Positions 44,165 through 58,285 of a stretch of 64,000 nucleotides of DNA are shown here, piece after piece. The notes under the pieces were generated by a model, which saw only the letters and a list, made by a program, of their open reading frames with translations, had not been told where the DNA came from and searched no databases. A program made the position numbers and the translations under genes. The stretch spans positions 76,718 to 140,717 of the forward strand of contig CAYOQI010000003.1 in the NCBI GenBank assembly GCA_964406075.1, given 5' to 3'. This DNA is from an uncultured Pseudomonadales bacterium. GTDB taxonomy: Bacteria; Patescibacteriota; Microgenomatia; UBA1400; PJMF01. Positions within the stretch are counted from its first letter, which is position 1. Each line of letters starts with the position of its first letter.

Positions 44165-45112
44165 ATGACTACACTTCCCTCCTCTGTTGAACTTTTGATT
44201 ACGGATTTTCTCGAACATTTAGAAGTTGAACGAAATTTAAGCAAGTTAACATTACGTGATTATGCTCATTATTTGCACCGATTTGCTGACTGGTATGCGG
44301 CTCAAGGTCAGAAAGAAATGAAGGAGCTTGATTTAAAAATATTAAAAAAATATCGCATGTATTTATCAAGATATGAGGACGATTTAGGAAGGACGCTTGC
44401 TTTGTCCACTCAGAGCTATCACATCATCGCGTTGCGATCATGGCTAAAGTGGATGATCAAGAATGATATGGAAGTGTTGCATCCCGAAAAAGTTGATTTG
44501 CCCAAGTCTGAACCTCAGGTCATGAAATTTCTTTCTCCAGAAAATATGGAACGTTTGATGTCGCAACCTCAGCTATCGAGCAAAACGGGATTACGAGATA
44601 AAGCGATTTTAGAAGTGCTCTTCTCTACCGGATTACGTGTGAGTGAGCTGGTGAGTCTCAATCAAGATCAAATTAATTTAAAGCGACGAGAGTTTGGGGT
44701 GATTGGAAAAGGACGAAAACCACGGGTCGTATTTCTTAGCGAGCGGTCGGCTGATTGGTTGGGTCGATGGTTAGAAAGCAGAGAAGATAAATGGGATCCG
44801 GTCTTCATCCGATTAGCAAAAGAAAAAGAAGTGGAAGATCCACTGGGTGAATCAATGCGTTTAACCACACGAAGTGTTCAACGCATTGTCGAGAAATATG
44901 TCAAAAAAGCTCACCTGCCTATTAAAATTACGCCTCATGGAATTCGACATAGTTTTGCCACGGATTTACTCATTAACGGGGCGGGGCTTCGTGATGTCCA
45001 AGAAATGCTGGGACATAAAAATATTGCGACCACTCAGATTTATACGCACGTTACTCGTTTAGAGTTAAAACGTGTGCATGATAAGTTTCATGGAAAAGAA
45101 CATTCAGAATAA
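44165..45112 (+). CDS. XerC/XerD-type tyrosine recombinase
   Basis: GLRVSEL, GKGRKPRVV, HGIRHSFAT and LGHKNIATTQIYTHV (R-H-R-Y set). Confidence 0.85.
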   Translation: MTTLPSSVELLITDFLEHLEVERNLSKLTLRDYAHYLHRFADWYAAQGQKEMKELDLKILKKYRMYLSRYEDDLGRTLALSTQSYHIIALRSWLKWMIKNDMEVLHPEKVDLPKSEPQVMKFLSPENMERLMSQPQLSSKTGLRDKAILEVLFSTGLRVSELVSLNQDQINLKRREFGVIGKGRKPRVVFLSERSADWLGRWLESREDKWDPVFIRLAKEKEVEDPLGESMRLTTRSVQRIVEKYVKKAHLPIKITPHGIRHSFATDLLINGAGLRDVQEMLGHKNIATTQIYTHVTRLELKRVHDKFHGKEHSE

Positions 45113-45115
45113 CGC

Positions 45116-47359
45116 TTACATTACTCTGAGACGAGCATAGAAGCTACTCATCAAAAACCAGACAGCATGATTCGGATGAGTCATACAGTGTTTGATATTT
45201 TCTGAACAATCAGGGGCGAAGTAAACCGTTTCCTCTTTTTCAATCTGATCTCCCGCTTTCACTTTTACCTGATACTTCCCTACTCTGTTTTCAATTACAT
45301 CCATAAAAATTACGCCGTTTCCCTGTTGGTCTTGAATCGTTGTATCGAGAACTTCTGGTTCAGTTGAAATTTCCGGGATTACTTCTTGAGTTGTTGCATA
45401 GCCTTGCTCATCTTTCGGAATCAAGACAAATCGTACCGGGTTTCTGCCAGCAATGGCATATTTGTTGTGGGCATACAGCACTGTTTGTTCGTTGCTGAGA
45501 GGACGATCAATCACCTCAGGGAAAAGGTAAGGATAAAAAGTAGTACGTGCTGTCTCAATACTATTGATTGGTAGTGTTGTTAGAAATTTGCATGTATAAG
45601 GTTTCCCCTCACAGTCAATATCATATCGAAAGAAAAAAGGTTCTTTTTCCCAAAAAATCATATCAACTGATCGATTGTTATTTACTTTAACGGTGTTTAG
45701 TTCAAAGAATGGTAATGAGTCATGTAAAACGTTGAGACGAATTTCTGAGGGTGTCTGTACTTCAAAATAATCTGGGAAAAAAGTGAAAGTAATGGGCTGT
45801 TGCTGGGCATCAAGATAACTCAATTTTGCTGTATCACTCGCTACTCTTTCCAACTTTACGTTTTCATTTGATTTTATATCGGGTAAATCTATTGATGTAG
45901 GAATTGTAGCAGTATCGTTTTTTGTTTCTAATGTTTCCGGAGGACGATACTTATATTCTGGCAGAAGTATTTCTTTTACATTATCTTTGAGTTTGTGTTG
46001 CCAAGGCAAGTTTACCGGCTCACTAGTTTCATAAAAACGTGAACCAGCAACTACAAATGGTGCTACCCAGTAGCCAAGATTTTGAGCAGAATATGATGTG
46101 TACGGATCAGTCCAATTTTCATCATATATCCTCAGGTCAGTAATTTTTATTTCTGCATCTTTTTTCAAAATTCGAACTCGATATTTTGAAGCATTCACCC
46201 AAATAGCTTCAGTATCTGACTGATTGATCAAATCTTTCCCTTGGACGACTGTAATTGGTTGATTTAATTGAGAAAATTCTTCTTGAAAAGAAGACACAGT
46301 AGTAGTTAATAGTGTCGGTTTTTCTTCTTGGAGTTGTTTTACATACTCAATTTGTTTTACGAATTCGTCTTGATATTTTTCCTCCATGGAATTTTCTAAT
46401 CCTAAAATAGCGAAGCTGTAGGGATTACTCGACTGGCTGAGTGATTGGTTCAGTACGTTTTTAAAATACTCGAAGTTTTTTCCATCACGAGAGTAATCAT
46501 TCGGCTGTGAAGTAAAAGCACTGGTGCTATCACCATAATTAAAAAGAGGATCGGAAATAGTTTGACGTAACATTAAGGTTGATTTGTTCATTGGTTCATT
46601 AGTTGCTAGGTTTATTCCCTCACTGCCTGGAGTACCAGGCTTCTCTCCCAAAGGGAGAGAAGATTCTATAAGGTTAGTTTGTCTGGGAAGGAATGCCCAG
46701 TTTGGATTTGTGTAGTACGGATAATGGATTGGTCCACCATCGAGTGTGTAGCTATCTGTTCCCCACTGTTCTCTAGTGATCTCATGAGTGGTAACTCCGT
46801 ATTTTTCTCGCATGTAATTAATGGTTGGAGTGTCAACAATCCAGCCGACCGTAAACTTGGGATACTTTCCAAATTGCTTAAAAAATTCAGCAAAAACTGT
46901 ATCCACTAGTTTCTCTCTCATTTCTGGTTCGTAACCGATGGGATAGGCATATTGAGCTTGATACCAATTTTCATTTGTTCCTTTGTACTCTCCTCCACTC
47001 TTTTCTATTAAACTTGGAGTGATTTCGAGAAAAATTCCGAGTTCGTTAGCGGGTTGATTGGTTGATTGGTTGTTTGGTTGGCTAGTTGAATATTGTTTTA
47101 ACAGTTGAACGTATCTTGGATCGGTTAAGGCGTCATATCGAATGGCGAAATTAGCCGGCAGATCATTTTTTTCAAAAGTATCGAGTTGTAATTTTAAATG
47201 TTCAAGATTACCTGGATCACAACACTCCCCGCCTCTGACTTGGTTGATAAATAAAACTCGTTGAGACTGGTCCGATTGTGCGTTGACTCGAAGTGCAGAA
47301 AGAAAGAAGATAAACGTGAAGAGAAAAATGGTAAGTTGATATTTCAGAGATGTTGACAT
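45116..47359 (-). CDS. 747-aa secreted hypothetical protein
   Basis: Signal-like MSTSLKYQLTIFLFTFIFFLSALRVNAQ. No confident domain. Confidence 0.5.
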   Translation of the reverse strand: MSTSLKYQLTIFLFTFIFFLSALRVNAQSDQSQRVLFINQVRGGECCDPGNLEHLKLQLDTFEKNDLPANFAIRYDALTDPRYVQLLKQYSTSQPNNQSTNQPANELGIFLEITPSLIEKSGGEYKGTNENWYQAQYAYPIGYEPEMREKLVDTVFAEFFKQFGKYPKFTVGWIVDTPTINYMREKYGVTTHEITREQWGTDSYTLDGGPIHYPYYTNPNWAFLPRQTNLIESSLPLGEKPGTPGSEGINLATNEPMNKSTLMLRQTISDPLFNYGDSTSAFTSQPNDYSRDGKNFEYFKNVLNQSLSQSSNPYSFAILGLENSMEEKYQDEFVKQIEYVKQLQEEKPTLLTTTVSSFQEEFSQLNQPITVVQGKDLINQSDTEAIWVNASKYRVRILKKDAEIKITDLRIYDENWTDPYTSYSAQNLGYWVAPFVVAGSRFYETSEPVNLPWQHKLKDNVKEILLPEYKYRPPETLETKNDTATIPTSIDLPDIKSNENVKLERVASDTAKLSYLDAQQQPITFTFFPDYFEVQTPSEIRLNVLHDSLPFFELNTVKVNNNRSVDMIFWEKEPFFFRYDIDCEGKPYTCKFLTTLPINSIETARTTFYPYLFPEVIDRPLSNEQTVLYAHNKYAIAGRNPVRFVLIPKDEQGYATTQEVIPEISTEPEVLDTTIQDQQGNGVIFMDVIENRVGKYQVKVKAGDQIEKEETVYFAPDCSENIKHCMTHPNHAVWFLMSSFYARLRVM

Positions 47360-47429
47360 GGATTGATTATACAGAATGAATTAATTAAACCTATAGTAAT
47401 GTTTTTTCCAGTCTGATAAAATTCACCAT

Positions 47430-50400
47430 ATGGTTGCATCCTTTGAAGTGTCACCAACAGAAATTTTAAGTCCAAAGAAAAAAGACTGGTTCAGTATTGG
47501 AATACTGCCGGATAGCATTGAGATAAGAAATACCTTGCAAGATGAACTTCAAAAAGGCACGACTTTTAGTGCGGATACTGGCGATGTAATTTCTACTCCA
47601 AATGAACTTTTTCTTTTTCTTGTAGATAAACGACAAGCATTTAAGTCTAGCTCAGAAGAATATCTGCTAAGTAACATTCAAATAAAACTAGAAGGTCAAG
47701 ACTTCAAAATTTCTTGGATGGATCCATTAAGTAGTAAAACTCACAAAGAAGCAGTACTTAAAAAACAGGGTGTTAAGGAAGAACCAGTTGATCCAGTTGA
47801 TTTTGAAGCACTTGAAGCAGAAAGCGATCAGATACTTGATTCTCTTGAGAAAGATTTGCGTGAGAAAAAAATAACACTTCAAGTTTTTGATTCAGAGAAG
47901 GAACTTACTCAACTTCGTAAATCCGATGCATCAAACTTCAGAACAAGACTGACCCAATTTGCTCCGTCTCTCAATGGCCATACACCACGTATCATTATTC
48001 AATCGATTAAACATTCAGTTCCTGCATATCACGCTTGGATTTATTCTGAAAACGGGATAGGGCCCAAATTAGAAGCTGAAATCTATTTGATTGAAGAACC
48101 ATATACTACTCCCCCACCTCCTGAGAAGTTAGCCGAAGATGTTAAAACAAATACTTTTCGAGATGCTGTTGAAAAAGCTATGAGCTTTTTAGAGCCAGAG
48201 TTTGTTGATTCGACTGATGATTTCCTGATTGAAAGTAAAGTCGGTGATGTACTGGTCGAAAATACAGCATTAGCACTACATGGAGTGGAAAATTTCCATT
48301 CAAATTTTACTAAAAAAATTGATGCTGCTCTCCACGAGATTCGTGTCGCTTCCGAGGAGGCGGCTGAGATCGAAGATGAGCATGCAAGAGAGCTTTTTTT
48401 CAAAAAAATGTCAGATAGAGCTAAATCAATGAATCGTTCATTTTACGATAGTCCGATATATGGAACGTTAGTGGATGTACAAAGAAGTAATGAGTACGGT
48501 TTTGAAACGCTTCCAGAAAATTCTCCGGATTCAGAGAATGACGTTGTGCATATGGTTCCTTACTTCACTTTCATCTATGAGAAAGATGGCCAAGAAATTC
48601 GTGTCGATAATCAACAAGTTCCAGGAACAGAAGTAATTTTGCGTCGTCAACGTAGTACAGCTGCAGCTATTCCAGAACCACCTCATTTGCCAGAGGAATT
48701 TAGATCCCCTGCTGTGAATACGACTACAGAAGAGGGTTTGGTAGATGATGATCCAGATGAAATTTTGAGAAAGAAATTAGAAGGTGTTCCACTTACGGGG
48801 GCATTTCGAGGGAGACCTTTGGATGACGAAGAAATAGCGGAAGTTGAAGCAGCAATTTTACGAGAGCAACAGGAAGAAGAACAACCAGAAATTGAAACTG
48901 CACCTGAACCGATTAATCCTTATGAAGGCTATCTTCCGTTGGGTGATTTTGAAAATAATTTAAATGGAAAGTTTGGAGAGGATTGGTTTACTATTCAAAC
49001 TTCGGGTCAAAAAAAACCTCAACTTATAGACGTATCTGATTTTATTAACAGTTTGGAAAAATATGAGAAAGTTTTACCAGGAGGAAGCGTATTAGGAATT
49101 GAACAACATGGTGAAAGGGATGAAGATTTCAGTATTAAACTTTTGGTTAAAGCTAGTCCGGAATCAGAATGGGAAACTGTTGATGTTGTCAATTTTGAAA
49201 CTATTGATCAGGAAAAAGCAGAAGTTATTCGTGAACCTCTACAAATAGAAGCGAGTTGGTGGCAGTGGAATTTTGCTATGAGGAATTCTGAATCATGGCA
49301 GAAACTCAGTTCACGGAGAAAATCTGACATTCATGACTCAAAACTACCAAAAGACTTCCCAAGTGTAATGAAATGTGAAATTACTTTCGATTTAGAAATA
49401 GATGCTTGGGTTGTTATTCATAATGGTAAAAATTATGTAGCCAAGCATTCCACGGATGCTCCAAAGTGGATTGGAGATTTACTTACAGAAATTGAAGCTG
49501 GAAACATTGATCTGGCAGAATTGTCTGAGAATTTTGAAGATCATCAAGATACTTGGAAGCCAGTTACGAGTGAAATTATAGATGCTTTTGCTCACGGTGG
49601 ACTTAACTTCCTGATCACTTTTCCTGACGGAAATACTCAATATCTGTTCGGATTGAAATCCGATATAGTTTTAGCTCAAATCCATGAAGTGTTATCAAAT
49701 CCAAATGTAGCTTCAGAAAAAGAACTTGAAGGATTGCAATACGATGAACGGAGTAATGAAGATCAAGGCTTGGTCGTCCGAAAAGGAGAGAATGTTTGGG
49801 TGATTGAAGCATTGAGCCAAGATGATGTCAGTGATAGACAGAAAAGAATCCTTGATCTTAAGCATAATGGAAAGTTAAAAAACTACATGTTAGAAGTCTT
49901 GCATGAAAGATTGGTGAGATTTTCTCATCAAGGAAAACTTAATTTTGATAATCTCCGAACGACCATCGATCAATTACAACAAGCTTACAGTTTTGATGTG
50001 TTAACAGATTTAGGAGCGAATGCAGAACTCACTCAATTGTGGGATGTGCCATTGCTGATGGGAAGTGATGGAAAAATGCCACTATCTTCTGCTCAATTAA
50101 GAATAGAAATCGAGGAATTTTTCAAAAAAAACATTGTAGATTGTTTTAAATCAATCATGGGTAATGAGATTGCTCAAATCATCCAGACAGAAATGATTCA
50201 GCATTTGGATGATAAAGAACGAAAAGAAGTGTTGATTGCTCGTCAACTTGATAAAGATAAAGACGGTTTTAGATGGAATTTGGCCAAACGAAGAGCTGAA
50301 ATACAAGAACTTGAACAAAAGCGAACACACTCGATACAAAATGTGGAAACTATCATCAAGGCCCTTATACAAGCATTCCAAGGAAGTGATAACTGGCTGA

Positions 50401-51518
50401 AGAGATTGGATATTGTCATGCGTGTGATGAAGAACAAAGATAATCCCCGAGTTTCTCCAGAAGAATTAGAGTTGGGTTTACAGATTTTGGCAAAACAAGA
50501 GCTGGTTCGTGAAGCAGAAGCTCGGGCAGGGAGTCAAAGTTCTTACTCTAGAGCCACTGTGCCCAGTATCTCAAATGAAGCTGTACAGCAAAGAGTTTTG
50601 GCTATGAAACAAGATAGAAAAAAATATGAAAAAATCACCCAGATTCAAGCTGAGGATAACATTCAAGATCAAATGAGACAGATTGCTATGCCTTTCGTCA
50701 AACAATTCGAAACGATGCTTGTTCAAGCGATGCCGAATCCTTCGGAACGAGATATTTTTACACCGATAGCGTTAGATGTTGTAAAAGCCAGATTAGGAAA
50801 CGTGGAAGAAAAAGTCAAACATTTTTCGGAAGCTCAATCACAAGCTATGAAATTGGAAGTAAAAAATGATGAATTGGAAGATGAAGATGAAGATGAAGAG
50901 GATGAGGAAGAAGAGGTTGAGCTCGATGAGATAATGGAAGATGCTATGGCGATTGTGAGGCAGCACAGAAAGGCTGAAAAAAAAGATAAAAAGACATTTG
51001 GAGATGAATTAAATGATTTAATTATTGAAAACTTAGAATTATTTGAAAAAAGTAAGGAATTAAATAGCAATTTTAAATCTGACGATAATGATGATAAGAA
51101 AATTGTCAAAATAAAAACCCGACTTTTTGATATGTATGATAAAGGTGAATGGGAATATGAGGCTGAGGACGAGGAAGAAGATAATGAGGAATTAACTGAG
51201 GCTCAAAAAGCACAAATACGAGCATATGCTGAAGATGAAAAGAAAAGTCGGGAAACTCAAGTCGTCCCTAAAGTGAGTTTAGAACAAGATATGGAAAGAA
51301 TTGCGATTCAAATTCAGCTCGAACAGTTTCAGCAAGATATTGAGGATGCAGGAGAAGATGAAGAAGCACAGTTAGAAGCTGTCAGTGAACTCGTTGAGCT
51401 CATTAGAGATAATCTGAGCTTTTTCTTAAATAAACATCAATTAAAAGATAGTCCTGACTCCGTTAAGTTAATTGCGCAGAAGTATATCCACTCAGCTTTC
51501 GAAGCAAAAAAGAGTTAG
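47430..51518 (+). CDS. 1362-aa acidic cytoplasmic ORFan
   Basis: Long uninterrupted ORF with no TM or signal segment. Has E/D runs ([13 protein letters not shown]) and coiled-coil-like stretches. Confidence 0.55.
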   Translation: MVASFEVSPTEILSPKKKDWFSIGILPDSIEIRNTLQDELQKGTTFSADTGDVISTPNELFLFLVDKRQAFKSSSEEYLLSNIQIKLEGQDFKISWMDPLSSKTHKEAVLKKQGVKEEPVDPVDFEALEAESDQILDSLEKDLREKKITLQVFDSEKELTQLRKSDASNFRTRLTQFAPSLNGHTPRIIIQSIKHSVPAYHAWIYSENGIGPKLEAEIYLIEEPYTTPPPPEKLAEDVKTNTFRDAVEKAMSFLEPEFVDSTDDFLIESKVGDVLVENTALALHGVENFHSNFTKKIDAALHEIRVASEEAAEIEDEHARELFFKKMSDRAKSMNRSFYDSPIYGTLVDVQRSNEYGFETLPENSPDSENDVVHMVPYFTFIYEKDGQEIRVDNQQVPGTEVILRRQRSTAAAIPEPPHLPEEFRSPAVNTTTEEGLVDDDPDEILRKKLEGVPLTGAFRGRPLDDEEIAEVEAAILREQQEEEQPEIETAPEPINPYEGYLPLGDFENNLNGKFGEDWFTIQTSGQKKPQLIDVSDFINSLEKYEKVLPGGSVLGIEQHGERDEDFSIKLLVKASPESEWETVDVVNFETIDQEKAEVIREPLQIEASWWQWNFAMRNSESWQKLSSRRKSDIHDSKLPKDFPSVMKCEITFDLEIDAWVVIHNGKNYVAKHSTDAPKWIGDLLTEIEAGNIDLAELSENFEDHQDTWKPVTSEIIDAFAHGGLNFLITFPDGNTQYLFGLKSDIVLAQIHEVLSNPNVASEKELEGLQYDERSNEDQGLVVRKGENVWVIEALSQDDVSDRQKRILDLKHNGKLKNYMLEVLHERLVRFSHQGKLNFDNLRTTIDQLQQAYSFDVLTDLGANAELTQLWDVPLLMGSDGKMPLSSAQLRIEIEEFFKKNIVDCFKSIMGNEIAQIIQTEMIQHLDDKERKEVLIARQLDKDKDGFRWNLAKRRAEIQELEQKRTHSIQNVETIIKALIQAFQGSDNWLKRLDIVMRVMKNKDNPRVSPEELELGLQILAKQELVREAEARAGSQSSYSRATVPSISNEAVQQRVLAMKQDRKKYEKITQIQAEDNIQDQMRQIAMPFVKQFETMLVQAMPNPSERDIFTPIALDVVKARLGNVEEKVKHFSEAQSQAMKLEVKNDELEDEDEDEEDEEEEVELDEIMEDAMAIVRQHRKAEKKDKKTFGDELNDLIIENLELFEKSKELNSNFKSDDNDDKKIVKIKTRLFDMYDKGEWEYEAEDEEEDNEELTEAQKAQIRAYAEDEKKSRETQVVPKVSLEQDMERIAIQIQLEQFQQDIEDAGEDEEAQLEAVSELVELIRDNLSFFLNKHQLKDSPDSVKLIAQKYIHSAFEAKKS

Positions 51519-54163
51519 GTCTTTTCCACTTCTTCACCCATTTCTTTTAATGTGGTCGCCACAGCTGCAACTTTATCCTGTTTTTGCATTCTCATCAAAA
51601 TCACTCCTTGAGTAGGACGTTTGAGAATTGGAATATTTTTCAGTTGCAATTTCAAGGCAATGCCCTCTTTTGAGGTCAGCACTACTTCATCATGAGACAA
51701 ATCGACCATCATGGCTGCGCAGACTTTACCGGTTTTGGCAGTGATCTCAGAGACTTTGACCCCTTGGCCTGAACGCTTCTGTAATGGGTACTCTGTCAAC
51801 AAACTCCTCTTCCCCATTCCATTTTCCGTGACCAGCAACAGATGACGTTTGCCTTTGGCGGATTCTTGATCGGCTTCTTTGCTGAAGGCTTCGACGCCCA
51901 CCATGAAATCTCCGGACTTCAACATGATTCCTTTGACACCTTGGGTATCTCGATTGGATGCTTTGACTTCGGTTTGACTGAAGCGAATACATTTTCCTTC
52001 GTGTGTGATTAACAAAATGTGATCGTCATCTTTGGTAATTGCTCCAGAAACGAGCTCGTCACCTTTTTTCAATAAAATGGCAATGATTCCGGTCGTTCGA
52101 ATATGTTTATACAGTTCAAGTTTGGTTCGTTTGACCAACCCATCTCGAGTAACCAAGGTAATATTTTTATCTTTAATATCCCCTTCAGGCATTTCCAAAA
52201 GTGATTGGACTCGTTCGTGAGCTTGCAAACTAATTAAGTTGACCACAGCTTGCCCTTTGGCTTGGCGTGAAGATTCTGGAACTTCGTGGACTTTAATCTT
52301 AAATACTCGACCAGTGTTGGTAAAGAATAAGAGATAGTCGTGGGTATTGGTAAAGATAATATGGCGAATCGTATCTTCTTCTTTGGTCTTCATGCCGATC
52401 GCGCCCTTGCCTCCGCGACGTTGACTACGATACACATCTGGACTCATACGTTTGATATAGCCAGTTTCAGTCATGGTTACAATGGTGGCTGCTTCTGGAA
52501 CAAGATCTTCTTCATTAAACTCACCAATTTTTCCTTTGATCACTTTGGTCTTGCGTTCATCACCGTACAGACTCAGCATTTCTTCGGTTTCAGTCGCAAT
52601 TAATTTCAAAATATTTTTTTGTGAGGATAACAGTTTGATCATTTCATCAATGCTTTTTTGAATCAGTTTGTATTCATCTTCAATCTTTTGGCGTTCCAAG
52701 GCTGCGAGTCGTTTCAACTGCATTTCCAAAATGGCCACGGCTTGAATTTCAGATAATTTAAACTTCTCAATCAATCGACCTTTGGCTGTCTCACTATCAG
52801 GAGAACGACGAATTGTATCGATCACATCATCAAGATGATTGAGTGCAATTAACAGTCCTTCCAAAATATGAGCACGAGCACGTAATTCTCTGAGATCAAA
52901 TTGAGCTCTTCGGACCACCACCAACTGGCGGTGAGACAAGTACTCCATTAAAACTTGTTTAATATTCATCAACTGAGGTGTGCCGTCAGAATTCAAGGCC
53001 ACCATGTTCAATGAGAAACTGGTTTGGAGTTCGGTGTATTTGTACAGCTTATTCAAAATGACTTTGGGCTGACCATCGCGCTTAACATCAATGGCAATTC
53101 GCATACCATCTCGGTCGGACTCATCACGCAAATCACGAATACCTTCGATTTTTTTCTCACGGACCAAATCTGCAATACGAGCAACCAGTTTGGCTTTGTT
53201 TACTTGATATGGAATTTCAGTGATGATGATTTGATACCCAGTTTTGCCATCTTCAATATTGGCTAAACCACGAGTAACGATTTTCCCTTTTCCTGTGGCA
53301 TAGGCTTCTTTGATTGCATTTTGATCGTAAATGATTCCCGCTGTTGGGAAATCTGGACCTTTGACTATTTCCATCAGATCATCAATCGTTGCTTCGGATG
53401 TAACAGAACCAGCAATAACTCGAGCATCTTGATCTTCGATTGGAAGTTCAAGATTCGCCTTGTCAGCGGCTTCACTCGTTTGACCCTCTGCTACTTTTAC
53501 GGATGCCTGTTTGATCTCCACTTTTTCAATGACTTTGAGTAAGGCTTTACAAACCTCAGTTAAATTATGTGGAGGAATCTTGGTCGCCATACCGACGGCA
53601 ATACCTTCTGCACCGATTAACAACAAGTTAGGAATTTTGGCTGGCAAGACGGTTGGTTCTTGCATACTTCCGTCAAAGTTATCGGCAAAGAGGACCGTTT
53701 TCTTTTCTAAATCAATGAGAAGTTCTTGAGAAATTTTAGCCAGACGAGCTTCGGTATAACGCATGGCAGCAGCATTATCACCATCAACCGAACCAAAGTT
53801 ACCTTGTCCATCAATCAATGGATAGCGAAGAGAAAAAGATTGAGCCAACCGAACCAACGCATCGTAGACCGCTGTGTCTCCGTGTGGATGGTACTTACCT
53901 AAAACGTCTCCGACAATACGCGCAGATTTTTTGTACCCACTACTATGATGAATCCCAGTCTTGTACATCGAGTATAAAATTCTTCGATGCACAGGTTTCA
54001 ATCCATCCCGGACATCAGGCAAGGCACGAGAAACGATCACACTCATGGCGTAATCGAGATACGATCGCTCCATTTCATCGACGATGGAGATAGGAAGAAC
54101 TTTCCCATGGTCTGTTTGAACTGGAATGCCAATTTGATAGTCTGGTGTTGGTGTATCGGTCAT
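51515..54163 (-). CDS. gyrA: DNA gyrase subunit A
   Basis: [22 protein letters not shown], and AAMRYTE with the catalytic Tyr. C-terminal beta-pinwheel repeats. Confidence 0.95.
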   Translation of the reverse strand: MTDTPTPDYQIGIPVQTDHGKVLPISIVDEMERSYLDYAMSVIVSRALPDVRDGLKPVHRRILYSMYKTGIHHSSGYKKSARIVGDVLGKYHPHGDTAVYDALVRLAQSFSLRYPLIDGQGNFGSVDGDNAAAMRYTEARLAKISQELLIDLEKKTVLFADNFDGSMQEPTVLPAKIPNLLLIGAEGIAVGMATKIPPHNLTEVCKALLKVIEKVEIKQASVKVAEGQTSEAADKANLELPIEDQDARVIAGSVTSEATIDDLMEIVKGPDFPTAGIIYDQNAIKEAYATGKGKIVTRGLANIEDGKTGYQIIITEIPYQVNKAKLVARIADLVREKKIEGIRDLRDESDRDGMRIAIDVKRDGQPKVILNKLYKYTELQTSFSLNMVALNSDGTPQLMNIKQVLMEYLSHRQLVVVRRAQFDLRELRARAHILEGLLIALNHLDDVIDTIRRSPDSETAKGRLIEKFKLSEIQAVAILEMQLKRLAALERQKIEDEYKLIQKSIDEMIKLLSSQKNILKLIATETEEMLSLYGDERKTKVIKGKIGEFNEEDLVPEAATIVTMTETGYIKRMSPDVYRSQRRGGKGAIGMKTKEEDTIRHIIFTNTHDYLLFFTNTGRVFKIKVHEVPESSRQAKGQAVVNLISLQAHERVQSLLEMPEGDIKDKNITLVTRDGLVKRTKLELYKHIRTTGIIAILLKKGDELVSGAITKDDDHILLITHEGKCIRFSQTEVKASNRDTQGVKGIMLKSGDFMVGVEAFSKEADQESAKGKRHLLLVTENGMGKRSLLTEYPLQKRSGQGVKVSEITAKTGKVCAAMMVDLSHDEVVLTSKEGIALKLQLKNIPILKRPTQGVILMRMQKQDKVAAVATTLKEMGEEVEKT

Positions 54164-54229
54164 AGGTTAGTTTAATGGTTCATTAGTTTGCTGGTTCACT
54201 CATTAGCAGGTTGTTAGTTGATAGAACCT

Positions 54230-54829
54230 TTATTTACTTACTTCATGAGATTTGTCGTGATCACATCCGCAATCACCGCCACAACAGTGACCATGCTGAT
54301 CGTCACAGTCCTCGCAACCTTCACATTCCTTCTCACATTCTTCTTCGTACCGTTTTTGACCAGCTTCAAGAATCTTCATGGCTTCATCAGCATTTTTCCA
54401 ATCTTTGAGCTTGACCCATTTCTCTGGTTCTAAATCTTTGTAGTGTTCAAAAAAGTGTCGGATTTGTTTTTTATGAGCTTCAGGAATGTTATCAAGAGAA
54501 CTCCAGTCTCCACAGATTGGGTCGATTTTAGTCTTAGCTGGGACACAAATGATTTTGTGGTCCACTCCTTCTTCATCTTCCATTTCCAACACGCCGATAA
54601 TTTTGCATTTAACCACGACGTTTGGCATGACCGGTTGAGAAAGAAAAACCAATGCATCGAGTGCATCACCATCTTCTCCACTCGTTCCAAGAATCAATCC
54701 ATAATTAACTGGATAACTCATGGCTGTTGGCATTAATCGGTCAACGGTCATTTCTCCAGTTTCTTCATCGAGTTCGTATTTAACACTCGATCCTTGTGGG
54801 ATTTCGATTAAGACTTTGATGTCGGACAT
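54230..54829 (-). CDS. ppa: family I inorganic pyrophosphatase with a Cys/His/Asp-rich C-terminal tail
   Basis: IEIPQGSSVKYELD and GEDGDALDALV PPase motifs. Tail CEKECEGCEDCDDQHGHCCGGDCGCDHDKSH. Confidence 0.85.
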   Translation of the reverse strand: MSDIKVLIEIPQGSSVKYELDEETGEMTVDRLMPTAMSYPVNYGLILGTSGEDGDALDALVFLSQPVMPNVVVKCKIIGVLEMEDEEGVDHKIICVPAKTKIDPICGDWSSLDNIPEAHKKQIRHFFEHYKDLEPEKWVKLKDWKNADEAMKILEAGQKRYEEECEKECEGCEDCDDQHGHCCGGDCGCDHDKSHEVSK

Positions 54830-54921
54830 AGGGCTCCTTTGAAAATTATTCTAATTTCTAATTGATCTAATTAATCTGACTTTTCTTTCGAATTTCTTGG
54901 GCAGAAAATGAATGTAAGTTT

Positions 54922-55311
54922 CTATGTTTGAGCGCGACGCATCACTCGAGTATTGACTTTCATTGTTCCAATTTCGTTTGCATACTTTTCAGCTGCTTTT
55001 TTCATTTCAGCTAACAAATCAGGACTCGAACCTTCATGTGGCTCGACGATCACAATCTTTCCATTGGTGTCGATTTTGACTTTAAAAACAGCGTCTTTAT
55101 ATTGGAAATAAAATTCATTAGTAGTTCGTCCACCCATTTCCAAAAAAGTAAATAAAACATCTCCGGCTGTATTCTTTTCCTCCACATCAAGTTGAATTCG
55201 ATACGGTAAGTCCTCAAAACCTGTTCCACTGAAATTACACCAACCAATGAGATGAATTTCATGATTCTGTTTTGATTCTGGTGGTTGAGTTTCTTCTTTT
55301 CTAAATCCCAT
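54922..55311 (-). CDS. hypothetical protein
   Basis: ORF between ppa and gyrB with no known motif. Confidence 0.4.
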   Translation of the reverse strand: MGFRKEETQPPESKQNHEIHLIGWCNFSGTGFEDLPYRIQLDVEEKNTAGDVLFTFLEMGGRTTNEFYFQYKDAVFKVKIDTNGKIVIVEPHEGSSPDLLAEMKKAAEKYANEIGTMKVNTRVMRRAQT

Positions 55312-55316
55312 ATTAA

Positions 55317-57314
<1,998 letters not shown>

Positions 57315-57340
57315 CTAAAAACTTATCTTCACTTTGGACT

Positions 57341-57395
57341 TCTGAGATCCTTCGACTGCATCTTGGCTGATAGCCAGGATTGCGCTCAGATGACA
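57341..57395. repeat. member E3 of the CTGAGATCC...GATGACA repeat family
   Basis: Shares CTGAGATCC, CAyCTTGGCTGwTAGCCA and GATGACA blocks with the copy at 61872. Lies between the holB-like terminator and the gyrB start. Confidence 0.6.
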
Positions 57396-57447
57396 CTGCT
57401 ATTGTTACTTTTTGAAACTGAAGTATCACTTATATCACTTCCATTAT

Positions 57448-57485
57448 GAAAATAAAAGGCCGATTTTGGTTTATTTTACGGCCTT
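57448..57485 (-). terminator. intrinsic terminator after the holB-like gene
   Basis: On the minus strand: AAGGCCG-16 nt-CGGCCTT followed by TTTTATTTT. Confidence 0.55.
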
Positions 57486-57494
57486 AAAGCAAAT

Positions 57495-58121
57495 CTACTG
57501 GAGACCAAATAAACACCACTCCATGGAAAGCCGTACATTGGTATTGTTTTGAAGTAACGGCAACGTTTTTTGTAATCGCTGAATATTACTCGTAATTTTC
57601 AAACTGGGTTTGGTGTGAAGAAGCTGAATGTGTTGGTCAAGCAATTGAAAAATAATATCGATGGCTTGTCCCCGATCTTTGTACTTCTCTGCAACTTTTA
57701 TTTTTTCAGAAATAGTTAGGATTGATAAATTGTTCAATTGTTCGTTGCTGGTAATACTTTGTTGAGTAGGAATAGCTTTCCATTCACATCGAGACATTAA
57801 CGTTGGTAAAAGTAAATGTGGATGAGAAGCCGTAATAATGATTTGTAACCATTCCGGCGGTTCTTCAAATTTTTTTAACAAAGTGTTTTGAACGACTTCA
57901 CTACTCAAATCTAATCGATGAAAAATAATTATTTTCTGAGCTGATTGATACGGTGGAAAAAGAAAATGCTCTTCCACACTTCGGATAATTTCAAGATCAA
58001 TAGTTTCCTCTGCCCGATTGCACCAAATAATATCGGGATGAGGTTGCTCAATGGCAGAATTTATCTGAAGTAATTGTTCAATTAAATTTTCACCAGAGAG
58101 TAGTAATGGAAGCGAGGACAT
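57495..58121 (-). CDS. DNA polymerase III delta-prime-like clamp-loader subunit (short, degenerate P-loop)
   Basis: LLKKFEEPP...LLPTLMSRC motifs. The N-terminal LLLSGEN stands in place of a Walker A motif. Confidence 0.6.
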   Translation of the reverse strand: MSSLPLLLSGENLIEQLLQINSAIEQPHPDIIWCNRAEETIDLEIIRSVEEHFLFPPYQSAQKIIIFHRLDLSSEVVQNTLLKKFEEPPEWLQIIITASHPHLLLPTLMSRCEWKAIPTQQSITSNEQLNNLSILTISEKIKVAEKYKDRGQAIDIIFQLLDQHIQLLHTKPSLKITSNIQRLQKTLPLLQNNTNVRLSMEWCLFGLQ

Positions 58122-58175
58122 ATCTGCATGTTAAATGGAAAAAGAAAAATGTCAAAACTGTGACAAGTCTAATAA

Positions 58176-58210
58176 GTCCTATAGTGTTGATTTTCGAGGG
58201 TTTTTAGGAT
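58176..58210. repeat. GTCCTATA-type hairpin, copy F3
   Basis: GTCCTA-23 nt-TAGGAT. The leading AAGTCCTATAG matches the other copies. Confidence 0.35.
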
Positions 58211-58285
58211 ACAATGTGAGCTTCAACTTTTCCGCTTTTACGCTGATGTAGTTGATTTTTGCTCTTTAAAAAGATGAAAAGTTAG

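Noticed and set aside
54211-54736. Plus-strand ORFs (54211-54408, 54218-54433, 54443-54736) antisense to ppa.
   Set aside because: They are shadow ORFs opposite a gene with clear pyrophosphatase motifs. The His/Thr-rich translation merely mirrors the Cys/Asp-rich tail codons.
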